IMG/VR virus record: IMGVR_UViG_3300009183_004565
Direction: 5' to 3' (one strand)
DNA: 64,000 nt
Source of the DNA: a virus
Taxonomy: Duplodnaviria; Caudoviricetes
Shown here: positions 1 through 10,079 of the stretch, one piece after another
Position numbering within the stretch: the first letter of the stretch is position 1
Layout of the letters: the number at the start of each line of letters is the position of its first letter
Translations under genes and position numbers: made by a program
Notes under the pieces: generated by a model
Told to the model about the DNA's origin: nothing
Seen by the model: only the letters and a program-made list of their open reading frames with translations
The model's database searches: none

Positions 1-7
1 AGCCCAA

Positions 8-3000
8 GTGGGATCTAGTTTTACCTATGCTCTAAATGCGTTTGGTATGTCCACCGATAGTGGAGGTGTATACTTGCCACCAGACACCAATTCGAATACC
101 ATCGTGTCTGGATACACCATAGTCAGTAGCGCCGGAGTAACAGTGACAGTTACAGGAGCGAGTTTTCAGCCATCGCCAAACCGTATTACGATCACTACTA
201 ATCCATATGTAACAATGGTGTATCCTGTCACAGTATACTCAGCTGATTATGTTGCGGCGCTACCAAGCTCAAATTTGATAGTGGACACTGCCACAATCTC
301 AGGCAACGTTACTGTTGGTAATATTAAATCTGCACAATACAATTTTGCCAATGGTGTAAGTATTTTGGCTGGTATAACTGGAACATATAGCAACGCCAAT
401 GTGGCCAGTTACTTGCCAACGTATTCCGGCGCCATCTCAGCCAACATTGCTAAGAATGGATACACCTGGCGGTTTGGCACAAATGGCACAACACAATTCC
501 CAGGCTCACAAATCCTGGCACCAGCTGGTGAGAGTATCACTATGCAGAGTGATCAATATTCACAATTGATGTGGGAAAACGCTAATGTAACCGTGGCCCC
601 AAATATGGCTATTAACTCAAACTTCTATGTAGCACAAAATAGTGCTACCTTGGACATTGGCTATCGCGACGGTAGTAGTACCCAACTAATCAAATCTTGG
701 CTCTGGAGTGTAGATGGCATCATGACATTACCAACTGCTGGTCGAATAAATTTTGATAATCTTTCTATCAGCAGTGATGCCAATGTTTCAGCATTTTATG
801 CTCCGGCTGGAAATGTTCAACTTGCTGCCGGCATTGGTGATGCACAAATAGTTGCAAGTTCCCTAAGTGATTCTAAAATCTGGAACTTTGGCGCAAATGC
901 CAATCTGACACTACCCGAAACAGGATACCTGAAGGTGGGCTCGGGCATTGTACCTGCATTTATATCAAGTCCTGCTCCGATCATTACTGGATTCAGTAAC
1001 ATCAGTGCTCAGAATTTTACTTTCCTGGCCAATGGTGTAAACATCTTGTCCGCTGTTGGTGCATACCAAACTTTTGCTAATGCAAATGCTGCCACACAAG
1101 CAACCAGTATCAATACCGTTAATGCTAATTTGGGTGCATTCCAAACTTATGCCAATACTACGTTTGGAACAAGTAGTTATAGTAATGTTGCTGCCAATGC
1201 ATTATTATCTAGCAACACAGTTAGTACCATTAGTACAACTGGTAACATAACAACCATAGCCAATGTCGTTGCTCCAACTTATTTGTTTGCCAATGGTGTA
1301 AACATTTTATCCACAGTGGGTGCTGGCACATACAGCAATGTAAATGTCGAAGCATACATTGGTGGTAATATTGGTGCATATCAGACGTATGCAAACGCAA
1401 ATGCAGCTACACAAGCAACCAGTATCAATACCGTTAATGCCAACATTGGTGCATATCAAACTTATGCCAATGCCAATGTTGTAGCAATACAAGCCAATTT
1501 AGGTGCATATCAAACTTATGCCAATGCCAATGTTGTAGCAATACAAGCCAATTTAGGTGCATATCAAACTTATGCCAATGCAACATTTACATATGGTAAC
1601 ACACAAGCCAATGCCTTGTTGTCCAGCAACACAGTCAGTACCGTAAGCACAACTGGTAATATCACAACCATAGCCAACCTAGTGTCAATTAGCAACGTAT
1701 ATGGTTCAACTTTTATTGGTACAGCAAATACAGCAAGCCTTAGTTCAACAACTGGGGCAATGGTAGTCACTGGTGGCGCGGGCATTGGTGGTCAACTATG
1801 GATTGGTGGCACAGCTGGTAGGAGTATCACTGCCACGGGTACTATTGCAATCACCGGTACCAATGCAAATTTACAGTTGTCCAATGGTGCCACTATTAAA
1901 GATACCACTGGTGATGCAGTGGCATTTGGTGAACTTGCTGGTAATAGCTCACAAGGTCTACAGGCAGTAGCCATTGGCCTACAATCTGGTTTTAGTACAC
2001 AAGGCAATAATTCAGTCGCAATTGGAGCTGCTGCTGGCGTTACTAACCTAGGCAACTTTGCCATAGCAATTGGCTACGCTTCTGGGTACGCCAATCAGGG
2101 CAACAACTCAATCATACTGAATGCCAGCGGTAGTCAATTATCGCAAACCACAGCCAACACATTCACTGTGGCACCAATTAGAAATCAAGTGACCACTGTG
2201 AACCAGGTCTTAGTCTACAACCCCTCATCATCTGAAGTCACTTATGGTAATACCATTAATTTAGCAGGCAACATTAGTACAACTGCTAACGTTATTTCTA
2301 CAGTTGGAAACTTATACGGCAACGTAGTTGGCACCACCGGTGTATACTCGGGCAATGTCAACATCAATGGCGTTACAACATTAGCAGGTAACCTAGGCGT
2401 CAATGGCAGTCAAGTGACTGTATTTGACAGCATATTGGGTTTACATACTTACGCCAATTTGACTCCCTGGGCTGCAGACGATGGTCAGGACATTGGCATT
2501 CGTATGCACTACTACAATGCCGCAGACAAACATGCATTTTTAGGATTAGAAAACACATCCAAAACTCTGCAATTCATAATTGATGCCACAGAGACCAGCA
2601 GTAATACAACAGGTACTTTTGGTAATGTGCGATTTGGTAGTTTATTTTTAAGTAACACCACTGCCGCAACCAGTACAAGCACAGGTGCATTGCAAGTGTT
2701 GGGCGGTGGAGGCTTTGCTGGTAATGTGTTTGCCAACAACATCGTAGCCAATGTTACCCCAGCTGTAACATCAACTCCGGTAACAGGTGTTGGTTACATA
2801 GGTATGCCACAAAATGCCACAGGATCAGCCACGTTGACAATAGCCGATGCTGGCAAGCACATTTATGTAACATCAACAGGACAAACTATAACTATTCCTG
2901 CTAACGGTAGCGTGGCGTATCCCGTTGGTACAACTATTGCATTCATTGGTGGGCCAAGTGCTACCACAACAACTATTGCTATCACAACAGATACCATGTA

Positions 3001-3112
3001 CTTGGCAGGCACAGGCACAACAGGATCAAGAACATTGGCTGCATATGGCATGGCCACAGCAGTCAAGGTAGCAGCCACAACATGGTTTATTAACGGAACA
3101 GGATTAACCTAA
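8..3112 (+). CDS. Long tail fibre / receptor-binding virion protein (5' truncated; frame is open to the window edge)
   Basis: N/T/A/G-rich protein of >1034 aa with coiled-coil repeats (GAYQTYANAN), YadA-head-like repeats (NSVAIGAAAG, NFAIAIGYASG), GAMVVTGGAGIGG beta repeats and a fibre-type C-terminal domain (LYLAGTGTTGSRTLAAYGMATAVKV). Confidence 0.75.
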   Translation: MGSSFTYALNAFGMSTDSGGVYLPPDTNSNTIVSGYTIVSSAGVTVTVTGASFQPSPNRITITTNPYVTMVYPVTVYSADYVAALPSSNLIVDTATISGNVTVGNIKSAQYNFANGVSILAGITGTYSNANVASYLPTYSGAISANIAKNGYTWRFGTNGTTQFPGSQILAPAGESITMQSDQYSQLMWENANVTVAPNMAINSNFYVAQNSATLDIGYRDGSSTQLIKSWLWSVDGIMTLPTAGRINFDNLSISSDANVSAFYAPAGNVQLAAGIGDAQIVASSLSDSKIWNFGANANLTLPETGYLKVGSGIVPAFISSPAPIITGFSNISAQNFTFLANGVNILSAVGAYQTFANANAATQATSINTVNANLGAFQTYANTTFGTSSYSNVAANALLSSNTVSTISTTGNITTIANVVAPTYLFANGVNILSTVGAGTYSNVNVEAYIGGNIGAYQTYANANAATQATSINTVNANIGAYQTYANANVVAIQANLGAYQTYANANVVAIQANLGAYQTYANATFTYGNTQANALLSSNTVSTVSTTGNITTIANLVSISNVYGSTFIGTANTASLSSTTGAMVVTGGAGIGGQLWIGGTAGRSITATGTIAITGTNANLQLSNGATIKDTTGDAVAFGELAGNSSQGLQAVAIGLQSGFSTQGNNSVAIGAAAGVTNLGNFAIAIGYASGYANQGNNSIILNASGSQLSQTTANTFTVAPIRNQVTTVNQVLVYNPSSSEVTYGNTINLAGNISTTANVISTVGNLYGNVVGTTGVYSGNVNINGVTTLAGNLGVNGSQVTVFDSILGLHTYANLTPWAADDGQDIGIRMHYYNAADKHAFLGLENTSKTLQFIIDATETSSNTTGTFGNVRFGSLFLSNTTAATSTSTGALQVLGGGGFAGNVFANNIVANVTPAVTSTPVTGVGYIGMPQNATGSATLTIADAGKHIYVTSTGQTITIPANGSVAYPVGTTIAFIGGPSATTTTIAITTDTMYLAGTGTTGSRTLAAYGMATAVKVAATTWFINGTGLT
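1448..1581 (+). repeat. Perfect 54-bp tandem repeat (about 2.5 copies) in the tail fibre gene
   Basis: ggtgcatatcaaacttatgccaatgccaatgttgtagcaatacaagccaattta at 1448 and 1502, partial copy at 1556; encodes GAYQTYANANVVAIQANL. Confidence 0.95.
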
Positions 3113-4452
3113 TGACCGGTATTGCAATGCTTAATGCCAGTTTTGCTTCTGCTCCACCAGCTGCGTTAGTTCTCAACCTTGATGCGGCGATAGGAGCATT
3201 ACCAGGATCGGCACTATCAACCAGTGCTAGTTTCAATGGTACAAGTCAGTACCTAACATTACCGGCCAGCACAAATTGGGCTCTTGACACTGGTGATTTT
3301 ACCATTGAGTGGTTTCAATATATGTCTAGTACACCAAATGCTAACGAAAGAGTATTTTCTGTAGGAAGTTATCCAAGTGCATCAATTGCAGTTAGCATTG
3401 AAGGGGGAACATTTTACCTATGGGAAGCAAGCGGATTTAGATTTAGTCAGTCAATAATTGACTATCAAGAGATATGGGTGCATTTTGCTATATCAAGAGT
3501 TAGTGGTCAAACCAGTGTATATCAAAACGGAACGCGGCTAGGATCAGCTTATGCTGATACCAACAATATTAACAATTCTAGTAGTGTGTTGGCCATTGGA
3601 CAGGAAAGTACTGCCACTAGTGGTTCATATTATACAGGATATCTAAGCAATTTCCGTATAATTAAAGGCACAGGATTATATTCGGGAGCATCGTTGACTG
3701 TGCCAACCACAGCATTGCTTCCAGTATCTGGTACAGTAGTGTTACTGCCATTGACAGCCTCACCATTCATGGACATGTCCACTAATAACGCTACTGTTAC
3801 TAATGTTGGTACAGTTACAACATTTACATTAAATCCACCACTAAGTTCTCCTAACACAGACCTATTGAACACCTCTGTGACCAAAAGAAACACCAGCAGC
3901 ACCATGGCCTGGGACACTACCACAGGAGGTATATTCCGTAAGACTACAACCGGTACTGCTGACTTCTTGACCTTTGGACCAGATTATTCAGCAACTTCTA
4001 AAGCCTATACTGTGATGATGGTTTATCGCACTGGTTCAACTGCTGGTAGATTGTTAAACGCCAATACTGCAAGTCCAGATTGGTTAATGGGCATATGGGG
4101 TAGCCCCAGTCATGTACAGAATATTTTCTTCAATGGCAATTTTGTTGGCGCAAGTAACACCGCCGCAACCGGGGCATGGACTTTTCAATGGGTCACTTAC
4201 AACGGTCAACCAGCGGCCGCTGTGTCAAACAGTTATGTGGCCACAAGCAGTCAACCAACAACTACATTTGGCACTGGGTCAACCAGTGGTGGATTTAATC
4301 AGCTGAGATTGTTTGGCAGATTTGTCGATTCCACAACCATTTCAGAGGTAGGTGTTTATGATACAGCATTGGTCAAAGTTTGGGATGGTGTGCTGACACT
4401 GGCACAGATACAGGCTCAGTATGCGGCTTACAAATCAAGATTTGGATACTAA
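3112..4452 (+). CDS. Virion-associated concanavalin A/LamG-like lectin-domain protein
   Basis: GDFTIEWFQY...WVHFAISRVSGQTSVYQNG...YTGYLSNFRIIKG is LamG-like; second ConA-like domain in the C-terminal half; TAATG-coupled to the fibre gene. Confidence 0.7.
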   Translation: MTGIAMLNASFASAPPAALVLNLDAAIGALPGSALSTSASFNGTSQYLTLPASTNWALDTGDFTIEWFQYMSSTPNANERVFSVGSYPSASIAVSIEGGTFYLWEASGFRFSQSIIDYQEIWVHFAISRVSGQTSVYQNGTRLGSAYADTNNINNSSSVLAIGQESTATSGSYYTGYLSNFRIIKGTGLYSGASLTVPTTALLPVSGTVVLLPLTASPFMDMSTNNATVTNVGTVTTFTLNPPLSSPNTDLLNTSVTKRNTSSTMAWDTTTGGIFRKTTTGTADFLTFGPDYSATSKAYTVMMVYRTGSTAGRLLNANTASPDWLMGIWGSPSHVQNIFFNGNFVGASNTAATGAWTFQWVTYNGQPAAAVSNSYVATSSQPTTTFGTGSTSGGFNQLRLFGRFVDSTTISEVGVYDTALVKVWDGVLTLAQIQAQYAAYKSRFGY

Positions 4453-4487
4453 CATTTACAAGTTCAATGTAAAGCAATAAGTATAGT

Positions 4488-5189
4488 ATGACTATACTAT
4501 ACACTTTACTCCTTACGCACATCACTATTGTGTGTGTCACATTATATCTACATCGCAGCCAAGCACATCGTGCAGTGACATTCCATCCTGTGATAGCCCA
4601 TTTTATGCGAGCCTGGCTATGGTTAACCACAGGCATGGTTACTCAACAATGGGTAGCCGTACATCGTAAACATCACAGATTCAGTGATGCGGAAGGTGAT
4701 CCACACAGCCCACATGTGTTTGGACTTAAACAAGTATTGGTTAAAGGAGCAGTATTATATCATGCTGCAAGCAAAGACAAAGACATGATTGAACAGTACG
4801 GTGCAGGTACACCCGACGATTGGATGGAAAAAAATATTTATTCCAAGCATAGTCGGTTAGGTATTATGATAATGTTATTAATAAATATTTTACTGTTTGG
4901 AGTGCCGGGCATTGTCGTTTGGGCAATACAGATGTTATGGATTCCTTTCTGGGCTGCAGGTGTAGTTAATGGTATAGGACACTGGTGGGGATATAGAAAT
5001 GGAACGACACGAGATCAATCTAGAAATATTAGCCCTTGGGGTATTATTATTGGCGGTGAAGAGCTTCACAATAATCACCATCTGGACCCTGCTAGTCCCC
5101 GTCTTTCGTTAAAGGCATACGAATTTGATATTGGTTGGATGTATATTCGACTTTTTCAATCATTGGGTTTGGCAACCGTCAAAAAATAG
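4488..5189 (+). CDS. Membrane fatty-acid (delta-9 acyl-CoA-type) desaturase
   Basis: Three His boxes HRSQAH, HRKHH, HNNHH plus hydrophobic segments; GEELHNNHH is typical of delta-9 desaturases. Confidence 0.9.
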   Translation: MTILYTLLLTHITIVCVTLYLHRSQAHRAVTFHPVIAHFMRAWLWLTTGMVTQQWVAVHRKHHRFSDAEGDPHSPHVFGLKQVLVKGAVLYHAASKDKDMIEQYGAGTPDDWMEKNIYSKHSRLGIMIMLLINILLFGVPGIVVWAIQMLWIPFWAAGVVNGIGHWWGYRNGTTRDQSRNISPWGIIIGGEELHNNHHLDPASPRLSLKAYEFDIGWMYIRLFQSLGLATVKK

Positions 5190-5203
5190 TATATAATACT
5201 AGC

Positions 5204-6226
5204 ATGTTAGATTCTATCCAGCAAACAGTTTTGCAACTACTGCCTGCCCGTAAAAAAACGGGTCAGAATGGATGGACCAGTTTTAACGCACCTTGTTGCG
5301 TACATAATGGAGAAAGTGCCGACACAAGAGGACGAGGCGGAATAAAAACAAATGCAGGACAAATTTCCTTTCATTGCTTTAATTGCGGTTATACTAGTAG
5401 CTTTATTCCGGGGCGGCATCTAACATTTAAATTTCGTAAACTGTTGCAATGGTTAGGTGCAGATGACTTGACTGTACGTCGACTGGTCATTGATGCAGTA
5501 CGTTTAAAAGATCTTGTTGCACCTGAAGAGATCGCCGAACCCGAACAAGAGATAAAGTACGAAGCAAGAACACTACCAGCAGAAGCAAGAAACATTGTTG
5601 ACCTGGCATCTTTTTATGCCACTGGTGATTACAACAACGTACCTGCTGCACTACTAGCCGGCATAGAATATGTGCACCGTAGGCATATAGATATAGAAAA
5701 ATATAAATTCTACTGGACGCCAGAAGAAGCATATAATCTACATCGTAGGATTGTGGTTCCTTTCTATTACCAAAGTGAGATTGTTGGCTATACTGCAAGA
5801 GCCATGGTGGATGGTATAAAGCCCAAGTATTACAGTAGTCATCCCGCAGACTTTGTGTTTAACTTAGACACGCAACAAAAAAATTGGAAGTTTGTTATTG
5901 TGTGCGAAGGGCCCTTTGATGCCATGAGTGTAGATGGTGTTGCATTAAGCGGCAGTGAAGCGTCAGATCAGCAAGCAGAACTAATTGACAGACTACAGCG
6001 TGAAGTCATTGTTGTACCCGACGGTGATAGGGCAGGACGTAAACTTGTTGATCGTGCAATTGAACTGGGTTGGACAGTGAGTTTTCCGGTGTGGTTGGAG
6101 ACCTGTAAAGACATCAACGAAGCAGTCTTAAAGTATGGTAAGTTATTTGTGATTAAAGCAATACTAGATGCAAAAGAGACTAGTAAATTAAAAATTGAGT
6201 TAAAGAAAAAGAGATTATATAGCTAA
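5204..6226 (+). CDS. DNA primase (T4 gp61-like)
   Basis: Zn-binding CCVH...CFNC; TOPRIM motifs CEGPFDA and PDGDRAG; upstream of helicase. Start moved from the ORF-track 5135 to ATG 5204, which follows a promoter. Confidence 0.85.
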   Translation: MLDSIQQTVLQLLPARKKTGQNGWTSFNAPCCVHNGESADTRGRGGIKTNAGQISFHCFNCGYTSSFIPGRHLTFKFRKLLQWLGADDLTVRRLVIDAVRLKDLVAPEEIAEPEQEIKYEARTLPAEARNIVDLASFYATGDYNNVPAALLAGIEYVHRRHIDIEKYKFYWTPEEAYNLHRRIVVPFYYQSEIVGYTARAMVDGIKPKYYSSHPADFVFNLDTQQKNWKFVIVCEGPFDAMSVDGVALSGSEASDQQAELIDRLQREVIVVPDGDRAGRKLVDRAIELGWTVSFPVWLETCKDINEAVLKYGKLFVIKAILDAKETSKLKIELKKKRLYS

Positions 6227-6227
6227 T

Positions 6228-7655
6228 ATGACTAAAGACTACAACGCCGACATACAAAAACTATTTCTAGAAATGATGCTGCAAGATGCAGAAACCTACG
6301 TGCGTGTGCAGAACATTTACAATCCCGAAAACTTTGATCGTAGCTTACGTACTACAGCAGAGTTTATTAAAAAGCACAGCGATGATCACAAAACTTTGCC
6401 CACTAGAGATCAAATCAAGGCCACAACAGGCGTAGAACTACGCCCAGTGCCTGACATGATCGAAGGACACTATAATTGGTTCTTGGAAGAGTTCGAAGGC
6501 TTTAGTCGTCGCAATGAACTAGAACGTGCTATCCTTAAAGCAGCAGACTTGCTAGAAAAAGGTGAGTATGATCCTGTAGAAAAACTGATCAAGGATGCTG
6601 TACAAATTAGTTTAACCAAAGACATGGGCACAGACTATTTTGAAGATCCTCGTGCTCGACTAATGGCAATCAAGAGCAACAACGGGCAAGTAAGTACAGG
6701 TTGGCCTACCATGGATGCTAGACTATTTGGTGGCATGAATAGGGGAGAACTAAACATCTTTGCCGGTGGATCAGGATCTGGTAAAAGTTTGTTTATGCAG
6801 AACATTGCTATTAACTGGATGACTTCTGGACTCAATGGGGTGTTCCTGACACTGGAACTTAGTGAAGGTCTTACTGCCATGCGTATGGATGCCATGGTAG
6901 CAAACTGTAGCACCAAGGAAATCTTTCGAGACCTAGACACATTGGAAATGAAGATTCGCATGGTAGGCAAGAAGTCCGGTAAACTACGTATCAAGTACAT
7001 GCCAGCACAGAGCAATGTTAACCAAATACGTGCATACTTAAAAGAATTAGAAATACAAACAGGTATGAAGGCAGATTTTATCATGGTTGACTATTTGGAC
7101 TTGGTTATGCCGGTTAGTGCTAAAGTTAGTCCCAGTGACTTGTTTGTCAAAGACAAATACGTATCAGAGGAACTACGTAATCTGGCTAAAGAATTTAATA
7201 TATTAATGATTACAGCAAGTCAGTTAAATCGTAGTGCAGTAGAAGAGATTGAGTTTGATCATAGTCATATTAGTGGTGGTATAAGTAAAATTAACACAGC
7301 AGATAATGTGTTTGGTATTTTTACCAGTAGGCAAATGAAAGAGCGTGGTCGCTATCAAATCCAACTTATGAAAACACGTAGTAGCAGTGGTGTGGGTACC
7401 AAAGTAGATCTTGAATTTAATATTGAAAGTTTACGCATTACAGATCCCGGCGAAGATGCACAATCAGAAAACGGCGGCCATGGACACCAGACTGGTCGAG
7501 GTATAATGGATCAAATCAAGAGTACCAGCACCGTCGCTCCACTGATGGCCGCTAAACCTCGAGAAGGTTTCGATATTGAGAGTAAAGTACAAGGTTCGGT
7601 GGATAGTACTAAACTGAAACAAATGCTAGCCGGATTAAAAAGTAAAACAGAATGA
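6228..7655 (+). CDS. Replicative DnaB-like helicase (T4 gp41-like)
   Basis: Walker A GGSGSGKS, MVDYLDL Walker B, TASQLNR motif, KTR arginine finger. Confidence 0.92.
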   Translation: MTKDYNADIQKLFLEMMLQDAETYVRVQNIYNPENFDRSLRTTAEFIKKHSDDHKTLPTRDQIKATTGVELRPVPDMIEGHYNWFLEEFEGFSRRNELERAILKAADLLEKGEYDPVEKLIKDAVQISLTKDMGTDYFEDPRARLMAIKSNNGQVSTGWPTMDARLFGGMNRGELNIFAGGSGSGKSLFMQNIAINWMTSGLNGVFLTLELSEGLTAMRMDAMVANCSTKEIFRDLDTLEMKIRMVGKKSGKLRIKYMPAQSNVNQIRAYLKELEIQTGMKADFIMVDYLDLVMPVSAKVSPSDLFVKDKYVSEELRNLAKEFNILMITASQLNRSAVEEIEFDHSHISGGISKINTADNVFGIFTSRQMKERGRYQIQLMKTRSSSGVGTKVDLEFNIESLRITDPGEDAQSENGGHGHQTGRGIMDQIKSTSTVAPLMAAKPREGFDIESKVQGSVDSTKLKQMLAGLKSKTE

Positions 7656-8137
7656 ATAGCGAAACTATAGAATTTGAATTACATTTATCGTCGGAATCTT
7701 GGAATAAACCACCACAGGCAAAAATTTCCGTTGATGACAAGGAATATTTTAACGATGTTGTTCCAAAAGGATCGCATATTGTGAAATTTACACACACATG
7801 TGATTTTGATAAACCGCATAGACTAACACTGACAAGGTTTGGCAAAAACGACAGTCAATGTAAAATGTTGCCCAATGGAAAGAAGTTAGATCAAATTTTG
7901 ACATTAGAAAAACTTAAAGTTGATGGTATAGATATACGAAATATTGTTTGGTCTCAGAGCATTAACATAGCCGAATATCCAGAGCCCTGGGCCACTGAGC
8001 AACGTACTGCAGGACACATACTAGAACAAGAAGCAATAGGTGTTACAACATTTGGACATAACGGAACTTGGTACTTAGATTTTACAAGTCCATTTTATAT
8101 TTTTATTATGCACTGGATGGGAGGAGGTCCGGAATGA
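7652..8137 (+). CDS. Hypothetical protein
   Basis: 161-aa ORF, ATGA overlap with helicase; no recognised motif. Confidence 0.6.
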   Translation: MNSETIEFELHLSSESWNKPPQAKISVDDKEYFNDVVPKGSHIVKFTHTCDFDKPHRLTLTRFGKNDSQCKMLPNGKKLDQILTLEKLKVDGIDIRNIVWSQSINIAEYPEPWATEQRTAGHILEQEAIGVTTFGHNGTWYLDFTSPFYIFIMHWMGGGPE

Positions 8138-8961
8138 TTGACTATAACGGTATACAATTAAATGAAAAACTAATTCCTGTAGTAGATACGTACATGCAGG
8201 AGTTAAAAGCAAACTGGTATAATAAATCACAAACCACAGTTAGTAACAACGATTTCGTGCCAATAGCCGACGAATGGTTTAAGAGTACACGCATTAATAA
8301 CTTGCAAGGGTGGGATCAATTTCCCTGTCAGGATATCATACTTGGTTGTACTCACTATATTGAATCTATTGTGTTAAAATATGGTTGGGACGGATTTCAA
8401 ATCTTACCCGAAGATTATGCCTACTATGGATTAATGGGAAAATTTGGTGTTGACGTTGGAAATTTAGCACCCAACGTTCCGTTACTAGTATCTTTACCAA
8501 ATTGGAAATATTCCGATCTACGTCCTGAGTGGACAGCGGTATTACAAGAATGCGAAGAAAAGAATATTGATATTCACATTGATATGGCCTGGATAATTAC
8601 AGCCAAAGATATAGAGATAGATTTAGGTCACCCTAACATAAAATCCTTTGCAATGAGTATGAGCAAGTACAATATGGAGTGGAATAGAATTGGCTTACGT
8701 TGGTCAAAACAACGAACAATGGATTCTATTACCATTTTTAATCACTACTATGGTAATGTCAATAATGGAACTGTATCTTGTGGTGCATATATGTTGAAAA
8801 ATATACCTCGAGATTATGTATGGAACACATACGATGCAAAATATGATTCTTTATGTGAAGATCATGATTTAGTTAAAACTAAATTATTACATGTGGCTAG
8901 AATTCCAGGCAATGATTATCCTAACGGTATCAGCCATTTATTAACCGGTGACAGTGAATGA
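8134..8961 (+). CDS. Putative PLP-dependent (fold type I, aminotransferase-like) enzyme
   Basis: HIDMAW resembles the DxAY pyridine-binding Asp; SMSKYNMEWNRIG resembles the SxSK...RxG Schiff-base motif. ATG 8134 follows SD gaggagg. Confidence 0.5.
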   Translation: MIDYNGIQLNEKLIPVVDTYMQELKANWYNKSQTTVSNNDFVPIADEWFKSTRINNLQGWDQFPCQDIILGCTHYIESIVLKYGWDGFQILPEDYAYYGLMGKFGVDVGNLAPNVPLLVSLPNWKYSDLRPEWTAVLQECEEKNIDIHIDMAWIITAKDIEIDLGHPNIKSFAMSMSKYNMEWNRIGLRWSKQRTMDSITIFNHYYGNVNNGTVSCGAYMLKNIPRDYVWNTYDAKYDSLCEDHDLVKTKLLHVARIPGNDYPNGISHLLTGDSE

Positions 8962-10079
8962 CATATTCGGTACACCAACATTGGGATCCTTTGCGTGTCT
9001 GTGCTGTGGGAAAAATGTATCCTGCTGAGTTTTTTAATTTCATCACTGATTCAGAAGTACGTGACATTATGCAGCGTATTGCCAGTGAAACAGAACAAGA
9101 TCTGTTGAATTTAGCAAAAGTATTAAAAAGTTTTGATGTTGAAGTAATTAGAACAGATTTGGAAGAAAACACAGATTGTTATCACATAGGCACTGGTTAT
9201 TTGCCGCCTCCCATGACTCCTCGAGATGATACCGCAATGATAGGCACAAAGTTTTTTATGCCTACGCCGGATCGTAATCGTAAATGGGATAGACTAAGAG
9301 GAACGTCGTGGCCAACCCGTCCCCCAATCAATGACAAAGAATTTTGTTCATTGCCCAAATTTGTACTTGAAGAGTTAACAGAAATTTTTAATATTGACAA
9401 TGTGTTTCAATTATACGATAGAGATTTTTCAACATTAACAACAATTCAGAATCAAGTCAAACAACAAGGAAACACTATCTATTATGATCAGCAAATTGAT
9501 AGTGCAATGGTTTGCAGACTAGGTAAAGATTTATATTTTGGAACATGGGATACATCTCAATATAATAGCGAATACTTAACAAAATTTCAAAATCTATTTC
9601 CGGAATATCGATGCCATATTGTAAACACCGAAGGGCACTTGGATGGAACATTTTGCCCTGTTAGCGAAGGGTTAATTATTTCTAGTAGATCAATTGACCC
9701 AGAAGTATTTGATAAATTATTTCCTGGATGGGAAGTGGTGTACATAGATATTAACACACCTCCAGGTATTAAGAAATGGTGGGTTCCGGGAGAAGAGAAC
9801 AATATAGCATTTACAAATTTTGTAAATACTTCGCTTAAAAACTGGGTTGGATCAATTGAAGAAACATCAATTGATGTAAATTTTCTTATAGTTAATCCTA
9901 CTAATATTTTATGTACACAAGAAAATGATGTATTGTTTCGAGCATTAGAAAGATTTAATATTAAAGCACATGTGGTGCCTTTTAGACATTCAACATTCTG
10001 GGACGGCGGACTGCATTGCTTCACTACAGATTTAAATAGGGACGGTGCTATTAAAGATTACTTTCCAGAAAGAAATTAA
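8958..10079 (+). CDS. Amidinotransferase (glycine/inosamine-phosphate amidinotransferase-like), copy 1
   Basis: HQHWDPLRVCAVG N-terminus, PRDD, HLDGTF and GGLHCFT give the Asp/His/Cys catalytic triad. Confidence 0.85.
   Translation: MTYSVHQHWDPLRVCAVGKMYPAEFFNFITDSEVRDIMQRIASETEQDLLNLAKVLKSFDVEVIRTDLEENTDCYHIGTGYLPPPMTPRDDTAMIGTKFFMPTPDRNRKWDRLRGTSWPTRPPINDKEFCSLPKFVLEELTEIFNIDNVFQLYDRDFSTLTTIQNQVKQQGNTIYYDQQIDSAMVCRLGKDLYFGTWDTSQYNSEYLTKFQNLFPEYRCHIVNTEGHLDGTFCPVSEGLIISSRSIDPEVFDKLFPGWEVVYIDINTPPGIKKWWVPGEENNIAFTNFVNTSLKNWVGSIEETSIDVNFLIVNPTNILCTQENDVLFRALERFNIKAHVVPFRHSTFWDGGLHCFTTDLNRDGAIKDYFPERN

Noticed and set aside
1021-1680. Diversity-generating retroelement template/variable repeats
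   Set aside because: Repeats are tandem and in frame, with no adenine-specific mismatches; no reverse transcriptase in the window.
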